From contig JAJRVL010000002.1 in the NCBI GenBank assembly GCA_024277355.1, positions 72,434-104,433 on the forward strand: 32,000 nucleotides of DNA, given 5' to 3'. A program made the position numbers and the translations under genes. Under the pieces are notes generated by a model, which was given only the letters and a program-made list of their open reading frames with translations, was not told the DNA's origin and searched no databases. Each line of letters opens with the position of its first letter. The first letter of the stretch is position 1. Of the stretch, positions 1-8,097 are shown piece after piece. This stretch comes from an archaeon (lineage in GTDB: Archaea > Iainarchaeota > Iainarchaeia > Iainarchaeales > 1-14-0-10-31-34).

Positions 1-87
1 TTCTGAAACTATTTTTTTTTCGTTTTTTCCTTCTCTAACCATTTTTGAAATGGTTTCAATTATGCTTGCCTCTTTTTGTACAGGCAT
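1..87 (-). CDS. hypothetical protein, 5' part only (runs off the window); tandem paralog of 92..577
   Basis: Minus-strand ATG at 87..85 opens MPVQKEASIIETISKMVREGKNEKKIVSE... to the window edge. Its N-terminus parallels the adjacent product (..ETSIIEIIEKMVKEGRPQKEILKE..). Confidence 0.4.
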   Translation of the reverse strand, partial: MPVQKEASIIETISKMVREGKNEKKIVSE

Positions 88-91
88 GATA

Positions 92-577
92 TCACAATCT
101 AACTTCTCTTATTATTTTTTTCTTTCTGTGTTCTTTTTTTTCTTTTTCTGATTCAAAATCAAATCTTATTCCATGAGTTGTTTCTGGATGACTTAATAAT
201 TTCATTAATTCCTGCATTTTTGCTTTCTTTTTTTCTGTTTTTTCTTCTGTTTTTATTTTGTCTTCTAATAAATCTTTTAATTCATTTATTTTTTCATTGA
301 ATTGTTCAGCAATATGTCCTTCTTCTTCTTTTACTATTTCTACAATTAATTTTCTGAATAATATTTCTTCTTTTTTCATGTCTTCTTTGACAATTTTTTG
401 TATTTCTTTTTTTAGTAAAGCAAAAGTGTCTGCTTCTCCTAATAACAATAGTTTTCTTGCTTGTTCTTCTTTTATTCCTAAACTTTTCAGTTCTTTTAGT
501 ATTTCTTTTTGAGGACGGCCTTCTTTAACCATTTTTTCAATTATTTCAATTATGCTTGTTTCATTGCCTATTTTCAT
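92..577 (-). CDS. hypothetical Lys/Glu-rich helical protein
   Basis: 161-aa ORF with charged, coiled-coil-like composition. No family recognised. The N-terminal ~30 aa are shared with the truncated ORF at 1..87. Confidence 0.5.
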   Translation of the reverse strand: MKIGNETSIIEIIEKMVKEGRPQKEILKELKSLGIKEEQARKLLLLGEADTFALLKKEIQKIVKEDMKKEEILFRKLIVEIVKEEEGHIAEQFNEKINELKDLLEDKIKTEEKTEKKKAKMQELMKLLSHPETTHGIRFDFESEKEKKEHRKKKIIREVRL

Positions 578-664
578 TTTTTCACTGAATATAAAAAGAG
601 CTTTAGTATTAATAAATATTGTTGAATAATAAAGAAAAAAAGAAAAACCGGCAGATTATGCCAG

Positions 665-1369
665 TTAATTGTAATTTAAGTCATCTGAATTAAAATCAAA
701 GTTGTATTCCTGCATTAATTCTTCCATTGTTTTGATTTTATCTTGGGGTACAACAAAAACTGCATCTTCAACTGAATTTAATTTAATGTTTTTTAAGGAC
801 ATTTCTGCTTTGCCTACTTCAGTTGTCATTAAGAGTTTAACTGGAATGCCGTATTTAATTGAAATCCATGCTTTTGTTTTAACTGCTGTGTCTTCGTTTG
901 AAGCTTTATATTTGAATTCAATTACTTTTGTTTTCATGTCATTAACTGTTTCTTCTCCTAATTCTTTCATTTCAATATCATTTAATGCTTGTTCAGAGAA
1001 ATCTAAGAAATCTAATCCGCCGGCATTTCCTGAGTCAGGTACGTCCATTTCTAAATAAACATCTTTTGCTGGATCGTAGTTATACATGTGTGTTCCATTA
1101 AAAATTAACTCGGATTTTTGTCCTAAAATTGAAGTTTCCATTTTGTATTTTTCTTTTTTTTGGTAAACTGTTAAAGTTAAAGGAAAAGGAGTAGTCATTA
1201 TAACATCATATTGAATATTGTCAATGCTTTTTCCTTTTTCCAGTATTTCCTGAATTGTTTCTGCTGAAAGTTTTTTTGCTTTTGTATTATCTTGGCTTGT
1301 TCCTTGAGTGCATCCTAAAGAAACAGTTAATGCAATTAATAAAATTAAAATTAATATTTTTTTGTTCAT
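665..1369 (-). CDS. putative secreted lipoprotein (LolA-like sorting fold is tentative)
   Basis: 234-aa ORF. N-terminal signal peptide ends in the lipobox-like LTVSLGC. SD-like GAGGAGG lies 6 nt upstream of the ATG (cctcctc at 1376..1382 on the + strand). Confidence 0.55.
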   Translation of the reverse strand: MNKKILILILLIALTVSLGCTQGTSQDNTKAKKLSAETIQEILEKGKSIDNIQYDVIMTTPFPLTLTVYQKKEKYKMETSILGQKSELIFNGTHMYNYDPAKDVYLEMDVPDSGNAGGLDFLDFSEQALNDIEMKELGEETVNDMKTKVIEFKYKASNEDTAVKTKAWISIKYGIPVKLLMTTEVGKAEMSLKNIKLNSVEDAVFVVPQDKIKTMEELMQEYNFDFNSDDLNYN

Positions 1370-1423
1370 TTAATTCCTCCTCTGGTTAATTAAGTTAAAT
1401 TAAGTTAAATCAAATTTAAAAGC

Positions 1424-2164
1424 CTATATTTTTATTTTTCCTTTTTGGAATTCTAATAAAAGTTGTTTTGAAACTGCATTAATATTAGGGAGTCCTTTTT
1501 TCATTAATTTTTTTCTTTTTAATGCAATTTCTTCAAGAATATTTTCCGGTTCATTTGATTTTGCACCTAATTTTTCAAGTTCTTTTGGGTTTTTTTCTTG
1601 CAGTAATTTAATTAATTTTTCTGCTGCTTCTTCAGGGTATTTTAATTTAGATGGGTTTTTTGCGCCAATTAAAACTAATTCAATTTCGTCTCTTTCTCCA
1701 TATGGAATAATTCCAGGGGAATCAATTAACTTAAAGTTTCTTCCTTTAACTATTTGTTCTCCTCTGGTAAATCCTGCTGTAATTGAAGTTTTAATTTTCT
1801 TTTTGGTTAAAGAATTAATTATTGAACTTTTTCCTGTGTTTGGATAACCTATTACTCCAATTGTATTTCCTGCTTTTTTTATTTTAATTGCAATTAATTC
1901 TCTTAATCTTGTCATTCCTTGTTTTTCTGTTGAAGAAATAAAAATGCATGTTTCTTTGATTTCTTTTTTTGTTTTTTTTGCAGTATTTTTTGAAATTAAA
2001 TCTGCTTTATTTAATACAATAATTAATTCTTTTCCTTTTCTTTTAATGTATTCTTCTATTTTTTTGTTTCTTGTTTTGTCTGCAAATCTTGCATCAACTA
2101 CTTCAATTAATATATCTGAATTATGGATTACTGAATAAACTCTGTCAAAAAAGCCTTTTCTCAT
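1424..2164 (-). CDS. circularly permuted ribosome-biogenesis GTPase (YlqF/RbgA/YawG-type)
   Basis: G4 NKAD (aa 52-55) precedes G1 GYPNTGKSS and G3 DSPG. This permuted motif order is typical of the family. Confidence 0.8.
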   Translation of the reverse strand: MRKGFFDRVYSVIHNSDILIEVVDARFADKTRNKKIEEYIKRKGKELIIVLNKADLISKNTAKKTKKEIKETCIFISSTEKQGMTRLRELIAIKIKKAGNTIGVIGYPNTGKSSIINSLTKKKIKTSITAGFTRGEQIVKGRNFKLIDSPGIIPYGERDEIELVLIGAKNPSKLKYPEEAAEKLIKLLQEKNPKELEKLGAKSNEPENILEEIALKRKKLMKKGLPNINAVSKQLLLEFQKGKIKI

Positions 2165-2203
2165 TTAAATCAGAAAAAAATATGTTTAAGAGTAATTAAA
2201 TGC

Positions 2204-3112
2204 TTATTTGCGTTTTCTTACTTGAGAATAAATTCCTGCATAATAATATGCCCCAAACCCCATCCATATCGCAGAAAATAACATATAAATTAAACTTGAA
2301 ACAAAATAGTTTATTCCAATATAACCTATGCTTCTAGAAACCACGAAAAAAATTACTCCTATTATTAATAATGCAATAAAAATGTCAATTACTTTTCCTT
2401 GAGTTAAATTCCATCCATCTCTTAAAGACTGGAATATTCCTTTGTTTGTTTCCAAGAAAACATATGGTGTCATTGAAAGCCTGATTGAATTATAGATTAC
2501 TATAAACAGGTAAAAGAAAGATAAAAATAATGCAAGCAAAAGAAGTATAATGCCTATTCCGGAAATTAAAGTGATTATTCCGATTAAATATAATGCAATT
2601 ATTCCAATGAAAACAAAAAAGAATCTTTTGTCATAATAAGAAATTAAAGCCAGAATTCCTGATAAAATCTGGAGGATTATCAGTTTAACATATTTTGTTG
2701 CATTAAAAGGAGCTGTTTTAATTTTGTAGAAGTTCATTCCTTTTAGTAAAATTAAAACAGAAAAAAATCCCTGGATTAATAAAATCATAAAATAACCAAC
2801 AAAGGTAATTGAAATAATGGTAATTGATTCTGGAAATTGATTAAGTGTAGTAATTATTAATTGTGGTAAAACCTCTGCAATAAATTTAAGTATTTCAATT
2901 AAAGGCCGACTTCCCATAAGCAGAATTCCATAAGACATGCCATATATTTTCATTATTATTTGCACGTAAATTTTGTTTATAGTGTCTGATATTGTGAAAA
3001 AATAAACTAAAAATGAGATTAAATTTATAAGAAACCATATTTTTAAATATTTCATGGCTTCTTTATTTTTTTTCCATTTAAAACTATTATTTAAAATAAT
3101 GCTATAATCCAT
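2204..3112 (-). CDS. polytopic membrane protein, unknown function
   Basis: 302-aa ORF with multiple long hydrophobic segments. No family recognised. Confidence 0.6.
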   Translation of the reverse strand: MDYSIILNNSFKWKKNKEAMKYLKIWFLINLISFLVYFFTISDTINKIYVQIIMKIYGMSYGILLMGSRPLIEILKFIAEVLPQLIITTLNQFPESITIISITFVGYFMILLIQGFFSVLILLKGMNFYKIKTAPFNATKYVKLIILQILSGILALISYYDKRFFFVFIGIIALYLIGIITLISGIGIILLLLALFLSFFYLFIVIYNSIRLSMTPYVFLETNKGIFQSLRDGWNLTQGKVIDIFIALLIIGVIFFVVSRSIGYIGINYFVSSLIYMLFSAIWMGFGAYYYAGIYSQVRKRK

Positions 3113-3214
3113 ACTAACTTTATTTGTTTTTTTAATATAAATATCTATTGTTTCTAAAAATGAGTGAATTATTGTATTTTTGTCATAATATGGTAATTTA
3201 TGATCCTTAAATGC

Positions 3215-3277
3215 TTATTTACTTTTCCTTACTTGAGAATAAATTTCTGAATAACTGTAAACTGCAAATGCTTCCAT
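3215..3277 (-). pseudogene. relic of the 3' end of a paralog of the 2204..3112 membrane-protein gene
   Basis: The minus strand reads MEAFAVYSYSEIYSQVRKSK*. Segment 3207..3254 matches 2196..2243 at 43/48 nt, covering the stop codon and 8 nt beyond it. The intact gene ends ..YYAGIYSQVRKRK*. Confidence 0.55.
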
Positions 3278-3319
3278 TATTAAAAATATTAAGCAATAGA
3301 ATTATTTAAAGGTTTAGTT

Positions 3320-3670
3320 TTAAAGTAATTTTAAGTTTTTAGTGTATTTGTTAATTAAGTTTTCAGGGCCTGGGCCAATTCCAATACATGTTTTGCTTCC
3401 TGAAGCAATTTGTGTTCTTCCTGCATCTCTGATTAATGCAGTTGGAATTTCTTTTTTTATTGATTCAAATAATTCAAGTAATTCTTTTTCTGATGAAACT
3501 TTTAATACAACTTTTTGTGTTCCTGTTTGTTTCCATTCTTCAACCCATTCAGGAAACTTTATTTTTGTTTTTTCTAAGGCTTCAACTGAAGCGTGTGATG
3601 CCTGTGCGGCAGTTTTTCCTTTCTGCATCTTTAAGTCTGTTCTAATTACAATTACTTGCTTAAATTCCAT
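3320..3670 (-). CDS. pth2: peptidyl-tRNA hydrolase, archaeal/eukaryotic type (Pth2)
   Basis: 116 aa. Pattern MEFKQVIVIRTDLKMQKGKTAAQASHASV...GRTQIASGSKTCIGIGPGP is typical of the Pth2 family. Confidence 0.9.
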   Translation of the reverse strand: MEFKQVIVIRTDLKMQKGKTAAQASHASVEALEKTKIKFPEWVEEWKQTGTQKVVLKVSSEKELLELFESIKKEIPTALIRDAGRTQIASGSKTCIGIGPGPENLINKYTKNLKLL

Positions 3671-3684
3671 TTTAAATCAATTAT

Positions 3685-3825
3685 TTATTCATCACTGCAT
3701 TCATCATCGTCTTTGCATTCTTCTTCAAAACCGCATTCACTGCATACATATTTGTTTTCTTTTTTTTCCATTTCTTTTCCGCAGTGTTCTTTTTTTGTTT
3801 CTTCGTGTCCACAACAACAACCCAT
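3685..3825 (-). CDS. small Cys-rich acidic protein (46 aa), putative metal-binding; not in the ORF track
   Basis: Hand translation gives MGCCCGHEETKKEHCGKEMEKKENKYVCSECGFEEECKDDDECSDE*. It has 9 Cys and 2 His. SD-like AGGGGA lies ~8 nt upstream of the ATG. The ORF is wedged between the stop of 3830..4150 and the start of pth2 on the same strand. Confidence 0.5.
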   Translation of the reverse strand: MGCCCGHEETKKEHCGKEMEKKENKYVCSECGFEEECKDDDECSDE

Positions 3826-3829
3826 TTTT

Positions 3830-4150
3830 TCATCCCCTTAATTCTTTTAATGTTAAAGTTTTTGTTAATCCGTCATTTCCCCATAATTGAGAGAAACTTT
3901 CAGATGAATGTTTTTCAATCCATAACTGTCTGTTTGTTGGATGGGCGTGCCCTTTGTTTGTGTATCCAACGTCATATTCGACTAGGATTCTGTCTTTTCC
4001 TATTTTAACTAAACGAAAAACTTTTCCGCCGTTTCCGTTTGATTCAAATAATTCGCCTTCTGTTACTTCTACTTCTTTTGTTTCTCTTTCTTTCTGAAAA
4101 GGCGGATTCCAGTCTTGTTTTAGTTCTTTTATTTCAATTACTGCTTTCAT
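3830..4150 (-). CDS. hypothetical protein
   Basis: The ORF track begins at 4180 (MHFFFFEGTQ). ATG 4150 (MKAVIEIKEL..) is preceded by GAGGGA at 6 nt and is the likelier start. No family recognised. Confidence 0.45.
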   Translation of the reverse strand: MKAVIEIKELKQDWNPPFQKERETKEVEVTEGELFESNGNGGKVFRLVKIGKDRILVEYDVGYTNKGHAHPTNRQLWIEKHSSESFSQLWGNDGLTKTLTLKELRG

Positions 4151-4216
4151 TTGTGTTCCCTCAAAAAAAAAGAAGTGCATTTAATTTAATAACCTTTGCT
4201 GTTTTCAGAGGAAAAA

Positions 4217-5191
4217 TCAAAAATACTTGATTTTAAGTATTTCAGAATAAAGGATATAATTGTAGTCTTTGATTATATCAAAGAATTTTTCTTTCATTTC
4301 TTTTATTATTTTCTTGAATTCCTTATGCGAAGAAACAACTAATTCCATTTCAAAATCAGCAAAACCAATTGTTTTGTCAACATAAATTATTTTTTCATGC
4401 TGTAATGCAAAATTCACTAATTTATTGTATTGTTTTAAATCCTTTAAATTAAAATTAACTTTATAGTAATTTAACTCAAACAAGTCAAAGTTTAAGTTTA
4501 ATCTAAAACCTTGAATTAATCCTTCTTTTTTCATTTTTTCCAATGCATATTTGACTTGGATTGGGGTTATCTTCAGTTTTTTTGCAATTTCAACTGAACC
4601 AATTCTTGCATTATCTGAAACTATTTTTAAAATTTTTTTTTCTTTTTCTGAAACCTTAATTCTTTTGTCTGTTCCTGAAATAATTTTTTTTCTTTCTTCT
4701 TTTTCTGGCTTAAGAAAAGCAAGGTTAAACTGAATTAAACCTGAATAAAGTGAAACATCAATTTTTTGAAATAAATTCCTGTATTTTATCATTAATTTTT
4801 TCCAAAATTCATTGAATTCAAATGAATTTTTTGCCCAAATCACAAAACATAAGTCAAATTCGCCGTCAGTTTTTCCGACCCACCAAATCATATTATTTCC
4901 AATTAAATAGTTAGTTAATTCCTGTTCTTGTTCAGGATTAATGTACTGGTATTTCAGATAAACCCTGAACTGTTCAAACCCAAGCAAAGACATGTCAATA
5001 GCAGAATAATAACCTAAAATAACTTTTTTTTCCTCAAGTTTTTTTATTCTGTAATTGACGGTTCCTGAATTTAACTTAATTTTTTTTGCCAGCTTGTTAA
5101 CTGAAATTCTTGAATTCAAATCCAATTCAAATAAAATTTCCCTGTCTTTTGAATCCAGTTCAAGTTTATTAAAAATAGCATTTAAAGACAT
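4217..5191 (-). CDS. Lrp/AsnC-family transcription regulator, tandem (two HTH plus ligand-domain modules fused)
   Basis: 324 aa, about twice the usual Lrp size. Two HTH_AsnC-like segments: ILFELDLNSRISVNKLAKKIKLNSGTVNYRIKKLEEKKVI and ILKIVSDNARIGSVEIAKKLKITPIQVKYALEKMKKEGLI. Each is followed by a RAM-like region. Confidence 0.7.
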   Translation of the reverse strand: MSLNAIFNKLELDSKDREILFELDLNSRISVNKLAKKIKLNSGTVNYRIKKLEEKKVILGYYSAIDMSLLGFEQFRVYLKYQYINPEQEQELTNYLIGNNMIWWVGKTDGEFDLCFVIWAKNSFEFNEFWKKLMIKYRNLFQKIDVSLYSGLIQFNLAFLKPEKEERKKIISGTDKRIKVSEKEKKILKIVSDNARIGSVEIAKKLKITPIQVKYALEKMKKEGLIQGFRLNLNFDLFELNYYKVNFNLKDLKQYNKLVNFALQHEKIIYVDKTIGFADFEMELVVSSHKEFKKIIKEMKEKFFDIIKDYNYILYSEILKIKYF

Positions 5192-5280
5192 ATTTAATCA
5201 AATTAATAAAAATAGTTAAATTATTATCGTTTTGATTAAAAATCACTTAAAAACTTTTAATAGGCTGATAACACACAGTT

Positions 5281-6057
5281 ATGTATATGTCTAATCTTTA
5301 TTCTATTGATTTTATTTGGGATATTTGTTTAGAATCTCTTTATAACAAAAAACTTTATTCAAAGTCTCTTACAAAACTTTTTAATAAATATAACTCAAAA
5401 AAAATTCTTGACTGTTCTTGTGGAACAGGTTTTCCTTCAATTGAATTAAAGAAAAACGGCTTTGATTTAACTTGTTCTGATGCAAGCTTTAATGCAGTTA
5501 AAATCCTTAAATCAAAATTAAAGCAGGAAAATATTTCAATGCCTGTATTAAATCTTAGCTGGCAGAAATTAGATTCTTTTTTTAATGAAGAATTTGATGC
5601 AGTTTTATGCAGGGGCAATTCAATTAGTTATGCAGTTTCTTGGGAAAAGAATTCAGTTGATCTTGAAGAAGCAAGAAAAGAAATTATTGTTTCACTGAAA
5701 AACATATATTCTGTAATAAAAAAAGGAGGAATCCTTTACATTGACATTGCTTCACTTAAACCAAAGAATCCGCTTAATTCAGTTTTTATAAAAGAGTTTT
5801 CTTCTGGAAAACTTAAAGGAAAAAAATTAAGTATTAGTTCTGAAGTAAATAATTTAGTGACTGAAAATAAAAGAACCTGGAAACTTAATGTTTTAGTTGA
5901 ACCTGAAAATAAAAGTCATTCAATTTATTCTGAAGGATATCTTTTAACTAAAATAGAATTAGTTTCAGTTCTAAAACAAATTGGCTTTAAAGAAATTCTT
6001 CCGTGCAGTGAAATCAAAGGCGAAAAAGTTTATGACGCTTTTGTTGCATTAAAATAA
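5281..6057 (+). CDS. class I SAM-dependent methyltransferase
   Basis: Motif I ILDCSCGTGFPS, followed by an acidic post-I residue (CSDAS) and VLCRGNS. Confidence 0.7.
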   Translation: MYMSNLYSIDFIWDICLESLYNKKLYSKSLTKLFNKYNSKKILDCSCGTGFPSIELKKNGFDLTCSDASFNAVKILKSKLKQENISMPVLNLSWQKLDSFFNEEFDAVLCRGNSISYAVSWEKNSVDLEEARKEIIVSLKNIYSVIKKGGILYIDIASLKPKNPLNSVFIKEFSSGKLKGKKLSISSEVNNLVTENKRTWKLNVLVEPENKSHSIYSEGYLLTKIELVSVLKQIGFKEILPCSEIKGEKVYDAFVALK

Positions 6058-6068
6058 TATGTGGTTAA

Positions 6069-6404
6069 ATGAAGTGTTTTTTGAAATCAAAAATTCACAG
6101 GGCAAAAGTGACTGAAGCAAACTTAGATTATGTTGGAAGCATTTCAATTGATGAAAAATTAATGCAGAAAGCAGGGTTAGAAGAAAATGAAAAAGTTTTG
6201 GTTGCAAATATTTCTAATGGAGAAAGAATTGAAACATATGTAATCAAAGGAAAAAAAGGAGAAATCTGCTTAAATGGAGCAGCGGCAAAAAAATTCATGG
6301 AAAATGATTTAGTTATAATAATGGCTTTTGAATATTCAGACAAACCAGTTAAACCAAAAATTGTTTTGGTTGATGAAAATAATGGGTTTAAGGAGTTTTT
6401 GTAA
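6069..6404 (+). CDS. panD: aspartate 1-decarboxylase, pyruvoyl-dependent (PanD)
   Basis: 111 aa. KSKIHRAKVTEANLDYVGSISID contains the Gly-Ser self-cleavage site. ERIETYVI and LNGAAA match the bacterial PanD pattern recalled from E. coli. Confidence 0.85.
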   Translation: MKCFLKSKIHRAKVTEANLDYVGSISIDEKLMQKAGLEENEKVLVANISNGERIETYVIKGKKGEICLNGAAAKKFMENDLVIIMAFEYSDKPVKPKIVLVDENNGFKEFL

Positions 6405-7058
6405 TCACGGCAGGTAATATTTTAATACTGTTCCGTAACTTCTGTTCATAATTTTTGCTATTTCTGAAGGAGTTTTTCCTTGGTTTTTTAATTTTTGTAT
6501 TTGTTGTTTTTCTTTTTGGCTTAGAATTTTAATTTTTCCTCCTTTTTGTTTTCCTCCTTTTTTTTGCATTTCTCTTAATTCTTTTTTTGGTCTTATTTCA
6601 AGTAGTTTGTTAATGTAAAGTAGTGCGGTTGAACTTATTTTAATTCCTTTTTTTTTCATTTCTGTGGAAATTTGTCTGAGTGACTTATTTTTTTCACTGA
6701 AAATTTTGTTTGATGCAATAATTAATGTTATTGCATTAAGCGTGTTTCTTGAATTAATTTGCTGGTTTTTTATGTAGTGTTCCCATAATTTATTTCTTGT
6801 TTTTAATGGAATGTCTTTTCTTATCAAAACAAAGAATTTTTCTTTTTTCATTGGAGCTAATTTTTTTTGTAATAAATTGTGTTTTATTAAACTATTTCTG
6901 ACAGTTTGATTTGAAACAGTTATTTTAAATTTTGTTTCAATTTGGTTTTGTATTTCGGCAACTGAAAGAGGTTTATTTAAAATAAAGTTTTTGTTTACCT
7001 GCCTTTTAATAGAATTAATTATTTGCGGTGAAATTTTTGGAGTATTTTTTCTTTTCAT
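6405..7058 (-). CDS. Lys-rich multi-HTH DNA-binding protein, paralog family member 1
   Basis: 217 aa. C-terminal classic HTH LSQKEKQQIQKLKNQGKTPSEIAKIMNRSYGTVLKYY. N-terminal module PLSVAEIQNQIETKFKITVSNQTVRNSLIKHNLLQKK resembles the second HTH of Tc1/IS630 transposases. Shares the KFFxLIxKxIP...NKLW block with 7064..8011 and 9922..10572. Confidence 0.5.
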   Translation of the reverse strand: MKRKNTPKISPQIINSIKRQVNKNFILNKPLSVAEIQNQIETKFKITVSNQTVRNSLIKHNLLQKKLAPMKKEKFFVLIRKDIPLKTRNKLWEHYIKNQQINSRNTLNAITLIIASNKIFSEKNKSLRQISTEMKKKGIKISSTALLYINKLLEIRPKKELREMQKKGGKQKGGKIKILSQKEKQQIQKLKNQGKTPSEIAKIMNRSYGTVLKYYLP

Positions 7059-7063
7059 ATAAA

Positions 7064-8011
7064 TCAGAAATCTTTTGAAGTTGGAAACCTCATTTTATTC
7101 ATTTTATTGATTTTTTCAATTCTTAATTGTTTTTGTCTTTTGCTCCATAAATTATTTATTTTTTCCATTAAAATTTTTTCATTTTTAATTCCTGTTTTTT
7201 CTAATTGTGCTAACACGTCAGCAGGATAATAATCCATGTTAACTAATTCACTTATTTTTATGCTGATTTCTTTTGAAACGGTTTTTGGTTTAATTTTAAT
7301 TTTTGTTTTGTTTCCAAAATAAAATCTTTTTCGCATTGCTTTTTCTTCTTTAGAAAATATTTCTAATCTGGTTGAAATAACATTTATTCCTGATAAAGAA
7401 ATGCTTACTTTTTTTTCAGCTAATTTTTTTTGAATTTCAATAAAAGCAGTTGGTTTTTTTGTGTTTTTTTGTTTGAATAATTCTACTGCAATTTTAATGT
7501 AATTTTTTGCAGGTATTTTGTATTTTATTTTAACTGAATTTCTTGCATATAATTTCCAAAGCTTGTTTTGTTTGTCTGCTGAAAAATATTTTTTTATTTG
7601 GTTTGGAATTGATTTTGAAATTAAATCAAAAAACCTTTTTTTTGGCATTATTTTGTTTTTTTTTCTTGTTTGTCTGTAAACAGAAAGTTTTGTCTGTCTT
7701 TTTGGTTTTTTTGGAGTTGTTCCTTTGTTTTCCCAGTAATTTTTAATTGCTATTTTGATTTCTCCGTGATGTAATTTTATTCCTTCTTTTATAAGTTTGT
7801 TTTTAATTGCATTAGCACTTAATTGTTGTTCAGTCATTTCTCCAATTTTTTTCATAGTTGTTTCATTAATTCTTTTAACTTTTGGTTTTATTTTAACTTC
7901 AGCAACCATGATTTTTTTGGTTTGTTGTATGCTAAAACTTGAATTAACTCTTGTTCTTTTGCTTAAGTGATTTTGTTTTAGCATTTTTTTTATTGGAACA
8001 GGTTTTTTCAT
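7064..8011 (-). CDS. Lys-rich multi-HTH DNA-binding protein, paralog family member 2
   Basis: 315 aa with several HTH-like units (LSANAIKNKLIKEGIKLHHGEIKIAIKNY; FIEIQKKLAEKKVSISLSGINVISTRL; YPADVLAQLEKTGIKNEKILMEKI). RFFDLISKSIPNQ..NKLWKLY is shared with the paralogs. It lies 5 nt upstream of member 1, so the two are probably co-transcribed. Confidence 0.5.
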   Translation of the reverse strand: MKKPVPIKKMLKQNHLSKRTRVNSSFSIQQTKKIMVAEVKIKPKVKRINETTMKKIGEMTEQQLSANAIKNKLIKEGIKLHHGEIKIAIKNYWENKGTTPKKPKRQTKLSVYRQTRKKNKIMPKKRFFDLISKSIPNQIKKYFSADKQNKLWKLYARNSVKIKYKIPAKNYIKIAVELFKQKNTKKPTAFIEIQKKLAEKKVSISLSGINVISTRLEIFSKEEKAMRKRFYFGNKTKIKIKPKTVSKEISIKISELVNMDYYPADVLAQLEKTGIKNEKILMEKINNLWSKRQKQLRIEKINKMNKMRFPTSKDF

Positions 8012-8037
8012 TATTTAATTGTATTTTTCTTTCTTTT

Positions 8038-8055
8038 TAAATTTCACTGGCGTTT
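8038..8055. promoter_or_regulatory. conserved 18-mer TAAATTTCACTGGCGTTT in the divergent promoter (copy A, upstream of nurA)
   Basis: Exact match to 10598..10615. Lies 27 nt from the minus-gene ATG and 60 nt from the nurA ATG. After an 8-nt spacer come AAACCTTT (8064..8071) and a TATA-like TTTTTAAA ~25 nt upstream of the ATG. Confidence 0.6.
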
Positions 8056-8097
8056 ATCTTCATAAACCTTTTTAAATTAACAAAACTTTTATTTTAT

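Noticed and set aside
1388-1412. Tandem TAAGTTAAAT x2 between the GTPase stop and the lipoprotein start
   Set aside because: It is short, AT-only and single-locus. It is most simply promoter/TATA-like sequence for the lipoprotein gene, not a distinct element.
3685-3834. Alternative same-strand ORF MKKWVVVVDTKKQKKNTAEKKWKKKKTNMYAVNAVLKKNAKTMMNAVMNK overlapping the Cys-rich ORF
   Set aside because: Its ATG overlaps the upstream stop with no RBS spacing, and its Lys-rich composition is what random AT-rich frames give. The Cys-rich frame has the better SD spacing. Comparative data would still be needed to be sure.
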